Assembly: GCA_963665275.2 (NCBI GenBank)
Contig: CAXXIN010000018.1
Span: 394,553 to 458,552, forward strand
Origin: Negativicutes bacterium
GTDB lineage: Bacteria; Bacillota; Negativicutes; UBA1444
Length of the DNA: 64,000 nt
Direction of reading: 5' to 3'
Positions 49,688-61,472 of this stretch are shown piece by piece (position 1 is the first letter of the stretch; each line of letters opens with the position of its first letter). Position numbers and translations under genes: made by a program. Under the pieces are notes generated by a model that was not told where the DNA came from, did not search any database, and saw nothing but the letters and a program-made list of their open reading frames with translations.

Positions 49688-50183
49688 GTGAACGCCTTGC
49701 TTTTTGCGATGTCGATGGAAAAATCCATCGATGACAATCTTAAAAATCTGCAGGGAAATTGCTCGCCTGAGTTACAGTCGGTTTTGGCGCAATTGATCTT
49801 GTTTCAACATGAGTTTGAGCAAATTTTGCTACAGTTTCAATCGCTGGAAAGCGGAGTGGGCCTGCCCACAATCGATCCCGTTCGAATGGTTGGCAATGAC
49901 GAATTGTGGAACTCTCTGAGCAATCAATTCCAACCAGCCTCGTTGCCATCTGCTGCAGATTATATGGTACTTTGCTCAGTACATGCGATGCTGGACAAAA
50001 ACGGCGCAATTTTATCTGCAGACGGCCAAAAATATTGAACAAGCTCCGCAGCGTTTGTTGTTAAGTTCTATTGCGGAAATGAAATTGATGCTCCGCCGTC
50101 GTTTCGATGGCATAGAGAGGGTTGTGGCTAATCAGGTCTGGAATGCTGTGGGCTTTCCGCCGGGAATGCTCGCCAAAGAATAA
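49688..50183 (+). pseudogene. Hypothetical helical (ferritin-like?) protein, one frameshift near 50000
   Basis: ORFs 49688..50038 and 49983..50183 join by removing one A. Helical pattern ALLFAMSMEK...KTAQFY is reminiscent of rubrerythrin-like folds. Confidence 0.5.
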
Positions 50184-50238
50184 GGTTAGTTTATCGGGGG
50201 GCCGTTCAGGTCCCCCGTATATTTCAGGAGGTACGGCG

Positions 50239-51857
50239 ATGTCCGACGGTTCGGAAATGGAAGTAAAGCTGGCGGTAGCTGATTCACGTCTTTTTGATCT
50301 TATTGTGGCCCATCCTGAAATTTGTGCCATGAAAATGGGAACCGGATCGGTTACTCAGTCTTTCGAAGCGCTCTATTACGATACACCTGGTTTTGCACTG
50401 CAACAGAACGGTATCGCTTATCGAGTCCGTCATGAAGGTGAACAGTGGATTGCTACCGTCAAAATTGATATTGAAAGCGGTGGAGGTTTCTCGAACCGAG
50501 AAGAATGGAACGAGCCTGTTGAAGGGCCGGAACCTTCCCTTAAACCATTTATTGGGACTTATATAGGCGACCGGCTTCTAATGGCCGTGGGCCAAGAACG
50601 CTTCCAATTGCTTTTTTCCACGCGCTTTATGAGGACAGTTACGATGCTTTTGACGCCAAATGGCTCTCAGATCGAAATGGCGATGGATCGCGGAACGATC
50701 TGGAGCGGCATGGAAGGAACCCCCATCAGCGAATTGGAGCTGGAATTAAAATCCGGCACAATTAGTGATCTGCTTCAGTTGGCGGGCTGGATCGCCGGTC
50801 AGTGGCATCTGTTGCCTGAGGCAAAGAGCAAGTTTGCGCGTGGTCTGGAACTTTTGCGCAGCAATTCGCCGGGCATCCCGAGCTTTTTTCCGGACAACCA
50901 ACAAAAAGAAATACCCAAACCAACGACAATCGCCTTGTCGAACTATTCTATCGGTAGTATTTTTGCCAGTCAGAAGCGCCTATTGACCGAACAGGCCGCC
51001 TCTGAAAGCGTGCGCGAACTCCGAATCCAAATCCGCAGCCTGCGTTCTCTCTTGAAATTTCTTCAGCCGACTCTCGCAAAGGAGGAACGGCAACTTCATT
51101 ATGAACAAAAATGCGGCAGTGGGGGAACACTGCTTGGAAGTATTCGGGATATTGATATTCTTGTAGCTGCCTGGAATAAATTTTTCTGTTCATTTTAACC
51201 CGGTCTTTTCTTCATCAGAGTATTGGCTGGACACCCTGAAAGGGAGAGAAGATCTTTCCTGATGGAAGAGGTCGTGCATCGAATCGAGCAGGGGGGAACT
51301 GACGAAACAAATTTTCGCAACTGCAGAGCTGGCTTTATCAGGAAAATGAACAACTAGCCAACGAAGAAGAGGAGCAGCCGTCTGATAGTCAGCTGTTAAA
51401 AATGTTATTGGAGGCAATAAAAGAACTGCGCGAAGATATTCGCGCAGTGGAATGTACGTCTGAAATTAAAACGATTCATCGTCTCCGGATTCGCATCAAA
51501 CAATTACGATACGTACAGGAGACCCTCAATAGGGTTGTACGTTTACGTGATGAGGAATTCACCGGTGCTCTGAAAAAGACGCAATCTTACCTGGGTAAAG
51601 TCCATGACAATTATCAAATAAAATGGTTGCTGGAGAAATTCGATGCAAGCAATATCGACCAAAAGCTATCCCTGGAAAAAGAATTGTTCATAAGTTGGTG
51701 CAACCGCGACACCACGGAGTATTTAATCAATTTGCCAAAGGTGACTGAATCGTTTCGCCGGGCGGCAAAGCTCCGTTTAGGCACGTTGACGGCGCTGCGA
51801 ACAAACAGAAGGACAAAGTCGGGCCATCACCCCAGCGCGCATGAACCAGGCAAGTGA
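50239..51857 (+). pseudogene. CYTH + CHAD domain protein (polyphosphate-associated), multiple frameshifts at about 51100-51400 as assembled
   Basis: ExExK motif EMEVK, YYDTP, REEWN, ELELELK and KSKFARG. CHAD motifs ELRIQIRSLRSLL, LGSIRDIDI, IHRLRIRIKQLRY and QSYLGKVHD. Confidence 0.82.
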
Positions 51858-52292
51858 TCCTGTCAGCTGCTCGGTATTTTCGAACAGAATGGAGGCTGCG
51901 CTGGCAGGATGAAAAACCAGGGAGGCATCGCTCATTTTTTCAGTCCAGTCACTCATCATGGGTTCATGTCCAACAATGACCAGTAAGTCCAGCGAGGGAA
52001 GTTTTCGCCATTCCATTTGCAAATCGGTCAAGATTCCCTCAGCAATAGCATCCATAACCTGAACTTTGGCTTTTTTTCCGATAGCTGAACGCAAAATTTC
52101 AGCAGTCTGCTGAGTTCGGACTGCCGGGCTGGTCCAAATTAAAACATCACGACCATGAAACAGGCAATTCGTCAATCCACGCGCTGCCTGTTTCACTTTT
52201 TTTCGTCCAACGGAAGTGAGTTCGCGTTCAAAATCCGATTTTGCGTCAGATCGGGTTTCTGCTTTTCCATGACGCATTAATACCAGCTCCAT
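51777..52292 (-). CDS. sixA: SixA-like histidine phosphatase
   Basis: LMRHGKAE, DFERELT..G, TSPAVRTQQTA and VGHEP. Confidence 0.88.
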   Translation of the reverse strand: MELVLMRHGKAETRSDAKSDFERELTSVGRKKVKQAARGLTNCLFHGRDVLIWTSPAVRTQQTAEILRSAIGKKAKVQVMDAIAEGILTDLQMEWRKLPSLDLLVIVGHEPMMSDWTEKMSDASLVFHPASAASILFENTEQLTGSLAWFMRAGVMARLCPSVCSQRRQRA

Positions 52293-54411
52293 CAGATTGC
52301 CCTCCATTATCGTCATTTATCGGCTGTACAAGAGGCTGAAGCTGCCAGGTGGGCAACTCGGCTGCAGCTGCATTTTCGCGTGCGCGACGCACCATTTCAT
52401 CCTGGGCGTTAATTTTGGGTTTTGCACCGGCTTTACGGCGCCGGTAGGTACCGTTCGATTTCATTTCATGTGATTTTTGATTGTCCGACATCAACAATTC
52501 AAGAATTTCCAGGATACGGTTTCGATGATATTCCATTTCCACCGGAAAAAAGAGTTCCACCCGGCTGTTCAAATTTCGCGGCATCCAATCAGCACTGGAC
52601 AAATAGCACTTTTCCTCTCCGCCGCCGTTGAAATAGAAGACGCGACTGTGTTCCAAGAAGCGCCCCACGATACTACGAACTTTAATATTTGAGCTGACTC
52701 CGGGAACGCCCGGGCGGAGGACGCAAATTCCTCGCACAATCAAATCAATGGTTACTCCCGCCGCGGAGGCCTCATACAGTTGCTGCACGATATCTTTGTC
52801 AACAAGGGAATTCATTTTGGCAATGATTCGTGCCGGTTTCCCCGCACGCGCGAATAGGATTTCCTGGTCGATCAGCTCGACGATCCTGTCACGCAGGCCC
52901 AGCGGAGCTACCGCAATTTTGTTCCAGACCGGCGGATCAGAGTAACCGGTAAGAACGTTGAAAAAACCTGACGCATCAACACCGAACTGATCATTGGCGG
53001 TAAAAAGGCCCAGATCGGTATAAATTCGGGCGGTTGTATCGTTATAGTTACCGGTGCCCATGTGAACGTAGCGGCGAATGCCGCCTCCTTCCCTTCGCAC
53101 TACGAGGCACATCTTGGCATGTGTTTTTAATCCCACTAGCCCGTAGATTACATGACACCCGGCTTCTTCCAAGCGTCTGGCCCACAAGATATTGTTCTCC
53201 TCATCAAATCGCGCCATGATTTCAACCACAACCGTCACTTGTTTTCCATTTTCAGCCGCCTGGGCAAGCGCCCGAACAATAGGGGAATTGCCGCTTACAC
53301 GGTATAACGTCTGCTTAATTGCCAGAACATTCGGGTCATCGGCTGCTTGCCGAACAAAATCAATCACCGGACGAAAAGATTCGTAGGGATGATGGAGTAA
53401 GACATCCTGTTCTCGTATGGCGTCAAACATATTCTCATGATGCAATAAATCCAAAGGGCGCTGCGGCTGATGGGGGAGTTGCCGCAATGAATCCAATCCG
53501 GAGATATCGGCGAATTTATTCAGACACGAGAGGTCTAAAGGTCCTCCGAACTCAAATAGGTCATCTTCCACTATGCGTAATTCATCGAGTAAAAATTTTT
53601 TGAGAGTCTTATTATCGGATTTGCCGATTTCGAGACGGACTGCCCGACCCCGCTTGCGTTGACGCAATGATCGTTCCACTTCCAACAGAAGATCATCGGC
53701 ATCTTCTTCATCAATAAGGAAATCAGCATTACGTGTAATTCGAAACGGTGTGATATTCTTAATCCGATACCCATGAAAAAGCTGGCGGCAATGCAGACGA
53801 ATCACATCTTCCAAAAAGACGAAACAGCGCCTGTGTTTTTCGGCCGGAAGCTCTATGATCCGATGCAGCACACCGGGTACCTGCACGACCGCAATGCTAT
53901 TCTCGTCAGATTTTCCCACCAGCGTTACGCCGAGGTTCAAACTGCGATTGGCTAGAAACGGAAAGGGATGACTTGCATCAACAGCCAGGGGGGTTAATAC
54001 GGGGGAAATGGTGTTTTCAAAATACTTGCGAATCCACTCCTGATTAAAATTCGACAGTTTTTCCGGGCGCACGAAAAAAAGATGTTCACGTTCAAGTTCT
54101 TCCAATATCTCCTTGAGCATGCTGTATTGCTTTTTTACCAATTGGTGTACTGCTTTGGATATCGATTCCAGCTGCTGGGCAGGGGACATTCCTGCAGCGT
54201 CAACCCACTCTCGGGCTTCATCTTGCTGGTTCTTCAGAGTTCCAACGCGCACCATGAAAAATTCGTCAAGATTAGAACTGGAGATAGCGATAAATTTGAG
54301 ACGCTCGAGTAGGGGATTGTCAGCGACAGCCGCTTCTCCCAGCACCCGTTCATTGAACTTCAGCCAGCTAAGTTCGCGATTCAGATAATATTCTGGTTTG
54401 TCAAATTCCAT
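52246..54411 (-). CDS. ppk1: Polyphosphate kinase 1
   Basis: NRELSWLKFN.RVL, NLDEFFMVRV, HHPYESF, ARFDEENN, KTHAK, RFLEHSR and SSADWMPRN. Start at ATG 54411; the true stop may be 52317. Confidence 0.96.
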   Translation of the reverse strand: MEFDKPEYYLNRELSWLKFNERVLGEAAVADNPLLERLKFIAISSSNLDEFFMVRVGTLKNQQDEAREWVDAAGMSPAQQLESISKAVHQLVKKQYSMLKEILEELEREHLFFVRPEKLSNFNQEWIRKYFENTISPVLTPLAVDASHPFPFLANRSLNLGVTLVGKSDENSIAVVQVPGVLHRIIELPAEKHRRCFVFLEDVIRLHCRQLFHGYRIKNITPFRITRNADFLIDEEDADDLLLEVERSLRQRKRGRAVRLEIGKSDNKTLKKFLLDELRIVEDDLFEFGGPLDLSCLNKFADISGLDSLRQLPHQPQRPLDLLHHENMFDAIREQDVLLHHPYESFRPVIDFVRQAADDPNVLAIKQTLYRVSGNSPIVRALAQAAENGKQVTVVVEIMARFDEENNILWARRLEEAGCHVIYGLVGLKTHAKMCLVVRREGGGIRRYVHMGTGNYNDTTARIYTDLGLFTANDQFGVDASGFFNVLTGYSDPPVWNKIAVAPLGLRDRIVELIDQEILFARAGKPARIIAKMNSLVDKDIVQQLYEASAAGVTIDLIVRGICVLRPGVPGVSSNIKVRSIVGRFLEHSRVFYFNGGGEEKCYLSSADWMPRNLNSRVELFFPVEMEYHRNRILEILELLMSDNQKSHEMKSNGTYRRRKAGAKPKINAQDEMVRRARENAAAAELPTWQLQPLVQPINDDNGGQSDGAGINASWKSRNPI

Positions 54412-55969
54412 GAGCGCCTCCTGCCTGAATAATAAGTATGGGTCGCACCCCATGCACATGTTCGAAAAAATCCGCTTTGTCATCAAACGTCCATTGCTCA
54501 AGGGAAAAATCCTCGCGCGGTGATACTGTGATTTCAAGATTGTCGCCATGCAGACGAACCTCGCACGAGGTTGCTTTTTGTCGATGGCTTCTATCGATGG
54601 AGTCGGCGATTCGAATCATAGATGCCAATTTGGCAACCTTAACCCGTTCAAGTCTATCCAGACGGGAAAAGTTGCCGTCTAGATCGGAGGGAGTTCCTTT
54701 GGAGTGGTAATGGGCAATATTGGCGATCACTTCTTTTTCTCGTTCGGTGAAACCGATAATATCCGAGGAAAAAATGAGCCTGTAGGAAAAAAAATAGTGA
54801 CGCCGCAAATTGACAAATTTACCGATGTCATGCAGAATAGCTGAAACCTGGAGAATGAACCGGTCTCGCCGTGGTAACCCATGCAGGGAATTCATTGCAT
54901 CAAAAATTTTCAGTGAAATGACTTCAACAGCCAGAGAGTGGGCTACTCCATACTTATATTTGGCGCCGATATTGCGGGCGAGAGAAAGTACTTGCTGCTC
55001 CAATATAGAGACAAAAGGATCTTCCACTTTTTCCGCCGCATGCAACAACGTTACTCCATCGACCAATTGGGCGTCAGGAAAAATAATTTCTGGGGCATTG
55101 GTAAGAGCTAGGATCTGATTGTAAAGAACAATCGTGGGAAGAGCCATCTCAGCTTTGTTTTCACCGAGGTGGAAGGTTTTCATCAACTGGGGCAGGTTCA
55201 ACGTACGAACTGTTTCGTATAAAGACAGAAATTCATCCCGACCGACCAACGCTATGGGATCAGGCATTGCGTGGCCAAGCATTTGCAGCAGCAGATGGTT
55301 TTCATTACCAGAGGTGACGATATAGTTAATAGTATGTTGCGCCAATTCCGTCCGGACCGGCTCGATGGCACTATATATGTATTCAGATAGCGCCTGGTGA
55401 AAATGAATGGATTCCCGTTGGTTTTTATCAAAACTTTCTTTGATTCGTACTGCACCGATATGGATGTTTTGTTGATAGTGAATGATTCCGTTTTTAAGTA
55501 AAGTAAAGCCCAGTCCACCGGAGGAGATGTCGACAAACAAGAGAGCTTCCTCTGGTTTCTCGATTGCGTGCTTACGAATAATATGGTACAGGGCCGCATA
55601 TTTGAAGAAAATTTCCTGCAGCATATCAACGACTTCCAGATCAAACCCCGTTCGAATCCGAACCTGGTCGACGATATAATGCTGATTTTCCGCCTCCCGG
55701 AGTGCCGTAGTGGCGATGACTCGATACTCTTTGACGCCGTAATCATTGAGAAGACGCTTATACCCCTTTAGCAGAGAACACAGCTGCCCAGAAGTTGTAA
55801 AGCTGATGCGGCCTGTCTTGAAAGTTTCTTCGCCAAGAAATACTTCCTTTGAAGTTTTTTCTATGACACGTAGATCGGAAAAATCCGAGAATTCACTGAT
55901 TTGTAGCGTGACCTGCTCGGAACCGATGTGTATGATGGAAAACAGGCGGGGCGAATTTTTTTTGGGCAA
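54401..55969 (-). CDS. ppx: Ppx/GppA-family protein with HD domain and degenerate ASKHA motifs
   Basis: IATTALREAEN, ILHDIGK and RIADSID. Phosphate loops read IHIGSEQ and DISSGGLG in place of DIGSNS and DIGGGSTE. Confidence 0.85.
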   Translation of the reverse strand: MPKKNSPRLFSIIHIGSEQVTLQISEFSDFSDLRVIEKTSKEVFLGEETFKTGRISFTTSGQLCSLLKGYKRLLNDYGVKEYRVIATTALREAENQHYIVDQVRIRTGFDLEVVDMLQEIFFKYAALYHIIRKHAIEKPEEALLFVDISSGGLGFTLLKNGIIHYQQNIHIGAVRIKESFDKNQRESIHFHQALSEYIYSAIEPVRTELAQHTINYIVTSGNENHLLLQMLGHAMPDPIALVGRDEFLSLYETVRTLNLPQLMKTFHLGENKAEMALPTIVLYNQILALTNAPEIIFPDAQLVDGVTLLHAAEKVEDPFVSILEQQVLSLARNIGAKYKYGVAHSLAVEVISLKIFDAMNSLHGLPRRDRFILQVSAILHDIGKFVNLRRHYFFSYRLIFSSDIIGFTEREKEVIANIAHYHSKGTPSDLDGNFSRLDRLERVKVAKLASMIRIADSIDRSHRQKATSCEVRLHGDNLEITVSPREDFSLEQWTFDDKADFFEHVHGVRPILIIQAGGAHGI

Positions 55970-56127
55970 ATTGTCAACCTCCCCTCGTCATATAATATTT
56001 GTTCGACAAATTTTGCTCAAACCCTTGCGCAGCAGGTTAAGTTTGTGTTACGAACGGAAACCCTGACGCAGAATATGGGGTGTACTATGGATACCTGAAA
56101 TAGGGTATGATATACTATTTAAAATAA

Positions 56128-57600
<1,473 letters not shown>

Positions 57601-57606
57601 TCTCAT

Positions 57607-58350
57607 ATGGCTATCGTGAAACGTAATCGGATCCCGGTTTTGGGCGTTAATATTGACAGCATTACCATGCAAGGCGCACTGGATCTTCTCGACTCATTTG
57701 TTCGGGCGAGACAGCCGCGCATGGTTGCAACAGCGAATGCCGAGATGGTTATGATCGCCCAAGAGGACCCGGAACTTTGTTCAATTTTAAATGCGGCGGA
57801 CCTAGTGCTGGCGGATGGCGCAGGGGTGGTATGGGCAGCAAGTCGTCTGGGGCCCGGGGTCCCGGAACGAGTTGCTGGATACGATTTGACCCAGGAATTT
57901 TTACGGCGGGCGGCGACAGAGAATTATAGAGTTTATTGGCTGGGGGCAGCCCCAGGTATTGCAGAATTGGCTGCACGGCGTGCTTCGCAGCTGTATCCGG
58001 GATTTGTTACGGCCGGAATCCAGGACGGTTTTTTTCCGTCGGAAGACTCGAATATCGTTGAGGCCATTCGTGAATCCCATCCGGACATCCTCCTCTGTGC
58101 ACTCGGTATTCCCAAACAGGAAAAATGGCTTGCACGCAATCTAATGCGCTTGCAGGTTCCGGTTTCGATAGGAGTGGGGGGCACGCTTGACGTCATGGCC
58201 GGCAAAGTAAAAAGGGCCCCTCTCTGGATGCAAAAGTCTGGGTTGGAATGGTCCTATCGATTGATGCGTCAACCCAGTCGTCTGGTCCGAATGCTGGCAC
58301 TCCCGAAATTCGTACTGCGAGTTCTCCTGAGCGCATGGACAACGCGCTGA
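57607..58350 (+). CDS. WecB/TagA/CpsF family glycosyltransferase
   Basis: TANAE, ADGAGVVWA, ERVAGYDL, PKQEKW, GVGG..D, RAP.W and GLEW.YRL. Confidence 0.93.
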   Translation: MAIVKRNRIPVLGVNIDSITMQGALDLLDSFVRARQPRMVATANAEMVMIAQEDPELCSILNAADLVLADGAGVVWAASRLGPGVPERVAGYDLTQEFLRRAATENYRVYWLGAAPGIAELAARRASQLYPGFVTAGIQDGFFPSEDSNIVEAIRESHPDILLCALGIPKQEKWLARNLMRLQVPVSIGVGGTLDVMAGKVKRAPLWMQKSGLEWSYRLMRQPSRLVRMLALPKFVLRVLLSAWTTR

Positions 58351-58448
58351 GAAATAGGTTATAATTAACATGAATCAGATAGGAGCAAGTGGGCACACTT
58401 GCTTTTATTCTGTTGCTTGGCAGATAAATGAAGGTTGGGGGCGAATAG

Positions 58449-59087
58449 ATGACGGCTTTCCCGATAGTGAAAGAAGGCTTGCCTTTTATCGGCATCACGA
58501 TTTGCATCACGGCCTTGGTAGCTGTAGTTGTAAATGTTTATTGGGCAATATTGCCTGCAATCGTCTGTTGTTTTTTTCTTTACTTTTTCCGCAATCCACC
58601 TCGCAAAATTATCTATAACCCGTTGCATCTATTATCGCCGGCCGATGGAAAAGTCATGAGTATTGTGGAAGTTCAGGATGATGACTATCTGGGCGAGGCC
58701 GGAATTAAAGTGACTATTTTTCTGTCACCGTTTGACGTCCATGTCAACCGAAGCCCAATGGAAGGAACGATTAAGTTTCAGCAGTATGTTTGCGGGCGCT
58801 TTCGTCCGGCATACAAAGCGGTTGCTGCCTGGGAAAATGAGCGTCACGCCATTGGTATCGAATCTCCGCATTGCCGGGTGTTGGTGACTCAAATCGCCGG
58901 AATTCTAGCCAGAAGGATTGTCTCTTGGGTTACCTTGGGAACGGACCTTTCGCAAGGTCAATTATATGGAATGATAAAGTTTGGCTCATGCACCGAAATG
59001 ATCGCACCGCGCAATGTTGAAATTCTTGTGCGCAAAGGCCAGCGCGTCCGTGCAGGCTTAACCGTAATAGGGAGGATCCCCTCGTGA
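58449..59087 (+). CDS. psd: Phosphatidylserine decarboxylase proenzyme
   Basis: FFRNP, SPADG, IFLSPFDVHVNR and cleavage motif KFGS. Confidence 0.94.
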   Translation: MTAFPIVKEGLPFIGITICITALVAVVVNVYWAILPAIVCCFFLYFFRNPPRKIIYNPLHLLSPADGKVMSIVEVQDDDYLGEAGIKVTIFLSPFDVHVNRSPMEGTIKFQQYVCGRFRPAYKAVAAWENERHAIGIESPHCRVLVTQIAGILARRIVSWVTLGTDLSQGQLYGMIKFGSCTEMIAPRNVEILVRKGQRVRAGLTVIGRIPS

Positions 59088-59746
59088 TGAAAACCTGGAT
59101 TCCCAATGCTCTTACATCCCTCAATCTGGTTTTTGGCGTATTCGCCATCTTAACTGTTATTCAGGGTGATTTTACCCTTGCAGCTTATTTTGTGGTGGCC
59201 GCTCTGATTGCTGACAGTCTGGACGGTCGGGTTGCCCGATATTTCGGCATTAGCGGAGAATTTGGCAAGGAACTGGATTCTTTGTGTGACCAGGGGTCCT
59301 TCGGTGTCGCGCCGGCGGTTATGGCTTATGTGTTCATGTTGAAGGATTTCGGCTGGATCGGCGCCTGTGTAGCGGCTTTTTTTGCCTGTTGCGTTGCTTT
59401 TCGCCTCGCTCGCTTCAATGTCAATGTTTCCAACGTAAAGGGCTATTTTATGGGGCTCCCAAGTCCTGCAGGGGGAGCGGTGGTTGCAACGTTCGTCATG
59501 ATGCAGTACCGTGCTCCGGGCTGGTTTTTCCCCCTGTTTGTGGCGGTCGTCGGCTATCTGATGGTAAGTTCAGTCAAATACCCCGATTTCAAGGGACATG
59601 GTGAAAAAATCAAACCTGCACCGGTTATTTTGACAATTGTGATCGTCGGAACCCTGTTGTATTTTCGCCCGGACAGTTGGCTGTTCGCACCGTTTTTTGC
59701 GTTCATGCTCTTCGGCCTGATCAACAGCTTGTTTACGTCAAAATAG
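59084..59746 (+). CDS. pssA: CDP-diacylglycerol-serine O-phosphatidyltransferase
   Basis: IPNALT, DSLDGRVAR, FGKELDSLCD..SFGVAP and RLARFN. Confidence 0.94.
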   Translation: MMKTWIPNALTSLNLVFGVFAILTVIQGDFTLAAYFVVAALIADSLDGRVARYFGISGEFGKELDSLCDQGSFGVAPAVMAYVFMLKDFGWIGACVAAFFACCVAFRLARFNVNVSNVKGYFMGLPSPAGGAVVATFVMMQYRAPGWFFPLFVAVVGYLMVSSVKYPDFKGHGEKIKPAPVILTIVIVGTLLYFRPDSWLFAPFFAFMLFGLINSLFTSK

Positions 59747-59771
59747 GGCATGAATCAGAAAGGAAGAACTA

Positions 59772-61043
59772 ATGAATTTTCCGTTTGATATTATAATGAT
59801 ACCTGTACAATTGATTGTTGTATTTTTTACCCTCTATTATTTTGTGCTGGCTTTTTTTGGCCTATTCCGTTTACCAAAAAAGATTGTATCTCCTCCCGAA
59901 AAAACCTTTGCGGTCCTTGTGGCAGCCCACAATGAGGAAAATGTTATTGGGCAGCTGATCGACAATTTTCATATTATGGATTATCCCCCAGAGTTGTTTG
60001 ATGTCTTTGTGATCGCCGACAATTGTTCCGACAAAACCGCACTCGTTGCCCAGAAAGCCGGCGCAAAAGTGCTGGAAAGATTTGATCCCGAAAACCGCGG
60101 CAAAGGGTTCGCAATGGAATGGGGCTTTGAAAAATTATTTGCACTGCCTCGCCAATATGACGCGGTTGCTGTTTTTGACGCCGATAACCTAGTTGATCCA
60201 CAGTTTTTGCGTGTCATGAATCACCACTTGTTGAAAGGTGAGTCAGTAATTCAGGGGTATCTCGACGCAAAAAATCCGACCGACACTTGGGTTGCGGGAA
60301 CTTTCGCCATTTGTTTCTGGGTTGTCGACCACATCTGGCATTTGGCCAAATACAATATTGGACTGAGCAGTTGTCTGGGGGGCACCGGCATGGTGATTTC
60401 CACCGATTTGCTGAAGCGCCATGGATGGGGCGCCACCTGTTTGACCGAAGATCTGGAATTCACCATGAAGTGCCTGATGGAGGGGATACCTACCTCATGG
60501 GCGCACGATGCGATTGTCTATGATGAAAAACCATTGACCTTCATGCAGTCCTGGAATCAACGGAAGCGCTGGGCGCAGGGTCACTTCGATGTCGCAGCGC
60601 GTTTCATCCCTCGCTTTTTTGTTGAAGGTATTCGTCGGCGGGACATTCGTTTGCTGGATGGAATCTTGCATCTATTACAACCACATTTTCTTATTCTTTC
60701 GACTATGTTCGTCGTGTTGAGCATGATTCACCAGCAGGTACCGTTTTACACCAATATACTCTACACGATTTTACCTGGGGAAGTATGGGCGGTAGTAGCG
60801 ATCGGGCAATATATTTTCCCGCTCATCGTTTTGACAAAGATTAAAGCCCCGCTAAAATCCTGGTTCTATATGCTGTTGTATCCAGTTTTCATTTACAGTT
60901 GGGTTCCTGTTACCTTTATCGGTTACCTCCAACGCCATGACAAAAACTGGAGCCATACGACACATTCGCGTAGTTTGAGCTACCATGAAGTCATGGGGAC
61001 CTTTCCAAAAGATGATATGCTGAGCAAGCAGGTCGCAAAATGA
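59772..61043 (+). CDS. Membrane GT2 glycosyltransferase (processive/cellulose synthase-like)
   Basis: AAHNEE, ADNCSD, DAD, TED and QRKRW (D,D,D,QxxRW); TM helices at both ends. Confidence 0.9.
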   Translation: MNFPFDIIMIPVQLIVVFFTLYYFVLAFFGLFRLPKKIVSPPEKTFAVLVAAHNEENVIGQLIDNFHIMDYPPELFDVFVIADNCSDKTALVAQKAGAKVLERFDPENRGKGFAMEWGFEKLFALPRQYDAVAVFDADNLVDPQFLRVMNHHLLKGESVIQGYLDAKNPTDTWVAGTFAICFWVVDHIWHLAKYNIGLSSCLGGTGMVISTDLLKRHGWGATCLTEDLEFTMKCLMEGIPTSWAHDAIVYDEKPLTFMQSWNQRKRWAQGHFDVAARFIPRFFVEGIRRRDIRLLDGILHLLQPHFLILSTMFVVLSMIHQQVPFYTNILYTILPGEVWAVVAIGQYIFPLIVLTKIKAPLKSWFYMLLYPVFIYSWVPVTFIGYLQRHDKNWSHTTHSRSLSYHEVMGTFPKDDMLSKQVAK

Positions 61044-61094
61044 AGGTGAGTTGATGGCTCACTTTTTGCATGTCAGCACGAAGAGGAGAGTATA

Positions 61095-61472
61095 GTGTTT
61101 GAATTAACCATTATTGAAGAATTCGAAGCGGCGCACCGCTTGCCTGAATATGCGGGAAAATGCTGCAGACTGCATGGACACAATTGGCGGGTCGAGGTCT
61201 CTGTTCGTGGTACGGAGCTTGATTCGTCCGGACTGCTCATTGATTTCAAGATTCTCAAAGCCCATGTATCTGAAGTTCTGGCGACATTGGATCATTATTA
61301 CCTGAATGAAACGGAGCCTTTCACGAAGGTCCCGCCTACAGCGGAACACATCGCAAAATATATTTACGAAACTCTCGTCGGGCATTCGGCCTTCAAAGAC
61401 GGGGTTACGATCTATGCAGTCAGGGTTTGGGAATCGCCACGTTCCTGCGCGTCCTATATTCCGGGCGAATGA
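61095..61472 (+). CDS. queD: 6-carboxytetrahydropterin synthase
   Basis: FEAAHRL, C.RLHGHN, LDH.YLN, PTAE and WES. Confidence 0.92.
   Translation: MFELTIIEEFEAAHRLPEYAGKCCRLHGHNWRVEVSVRGTELDSSGLLIDFKILKAHVSEVLATLDHYYLNETEPFTKVPPTAEHIAKYIYETLVGHSAFKDGVTIYAVRVWESPRSCASYIPGE

Noticed and set aside
54412-54549. N-terminal extension of PPK1 in the ORF track
   Set aside because: It overlaps ppx; ATG 54411 has a GGAGG RBS and gives the typical PPK1 N-terminus.
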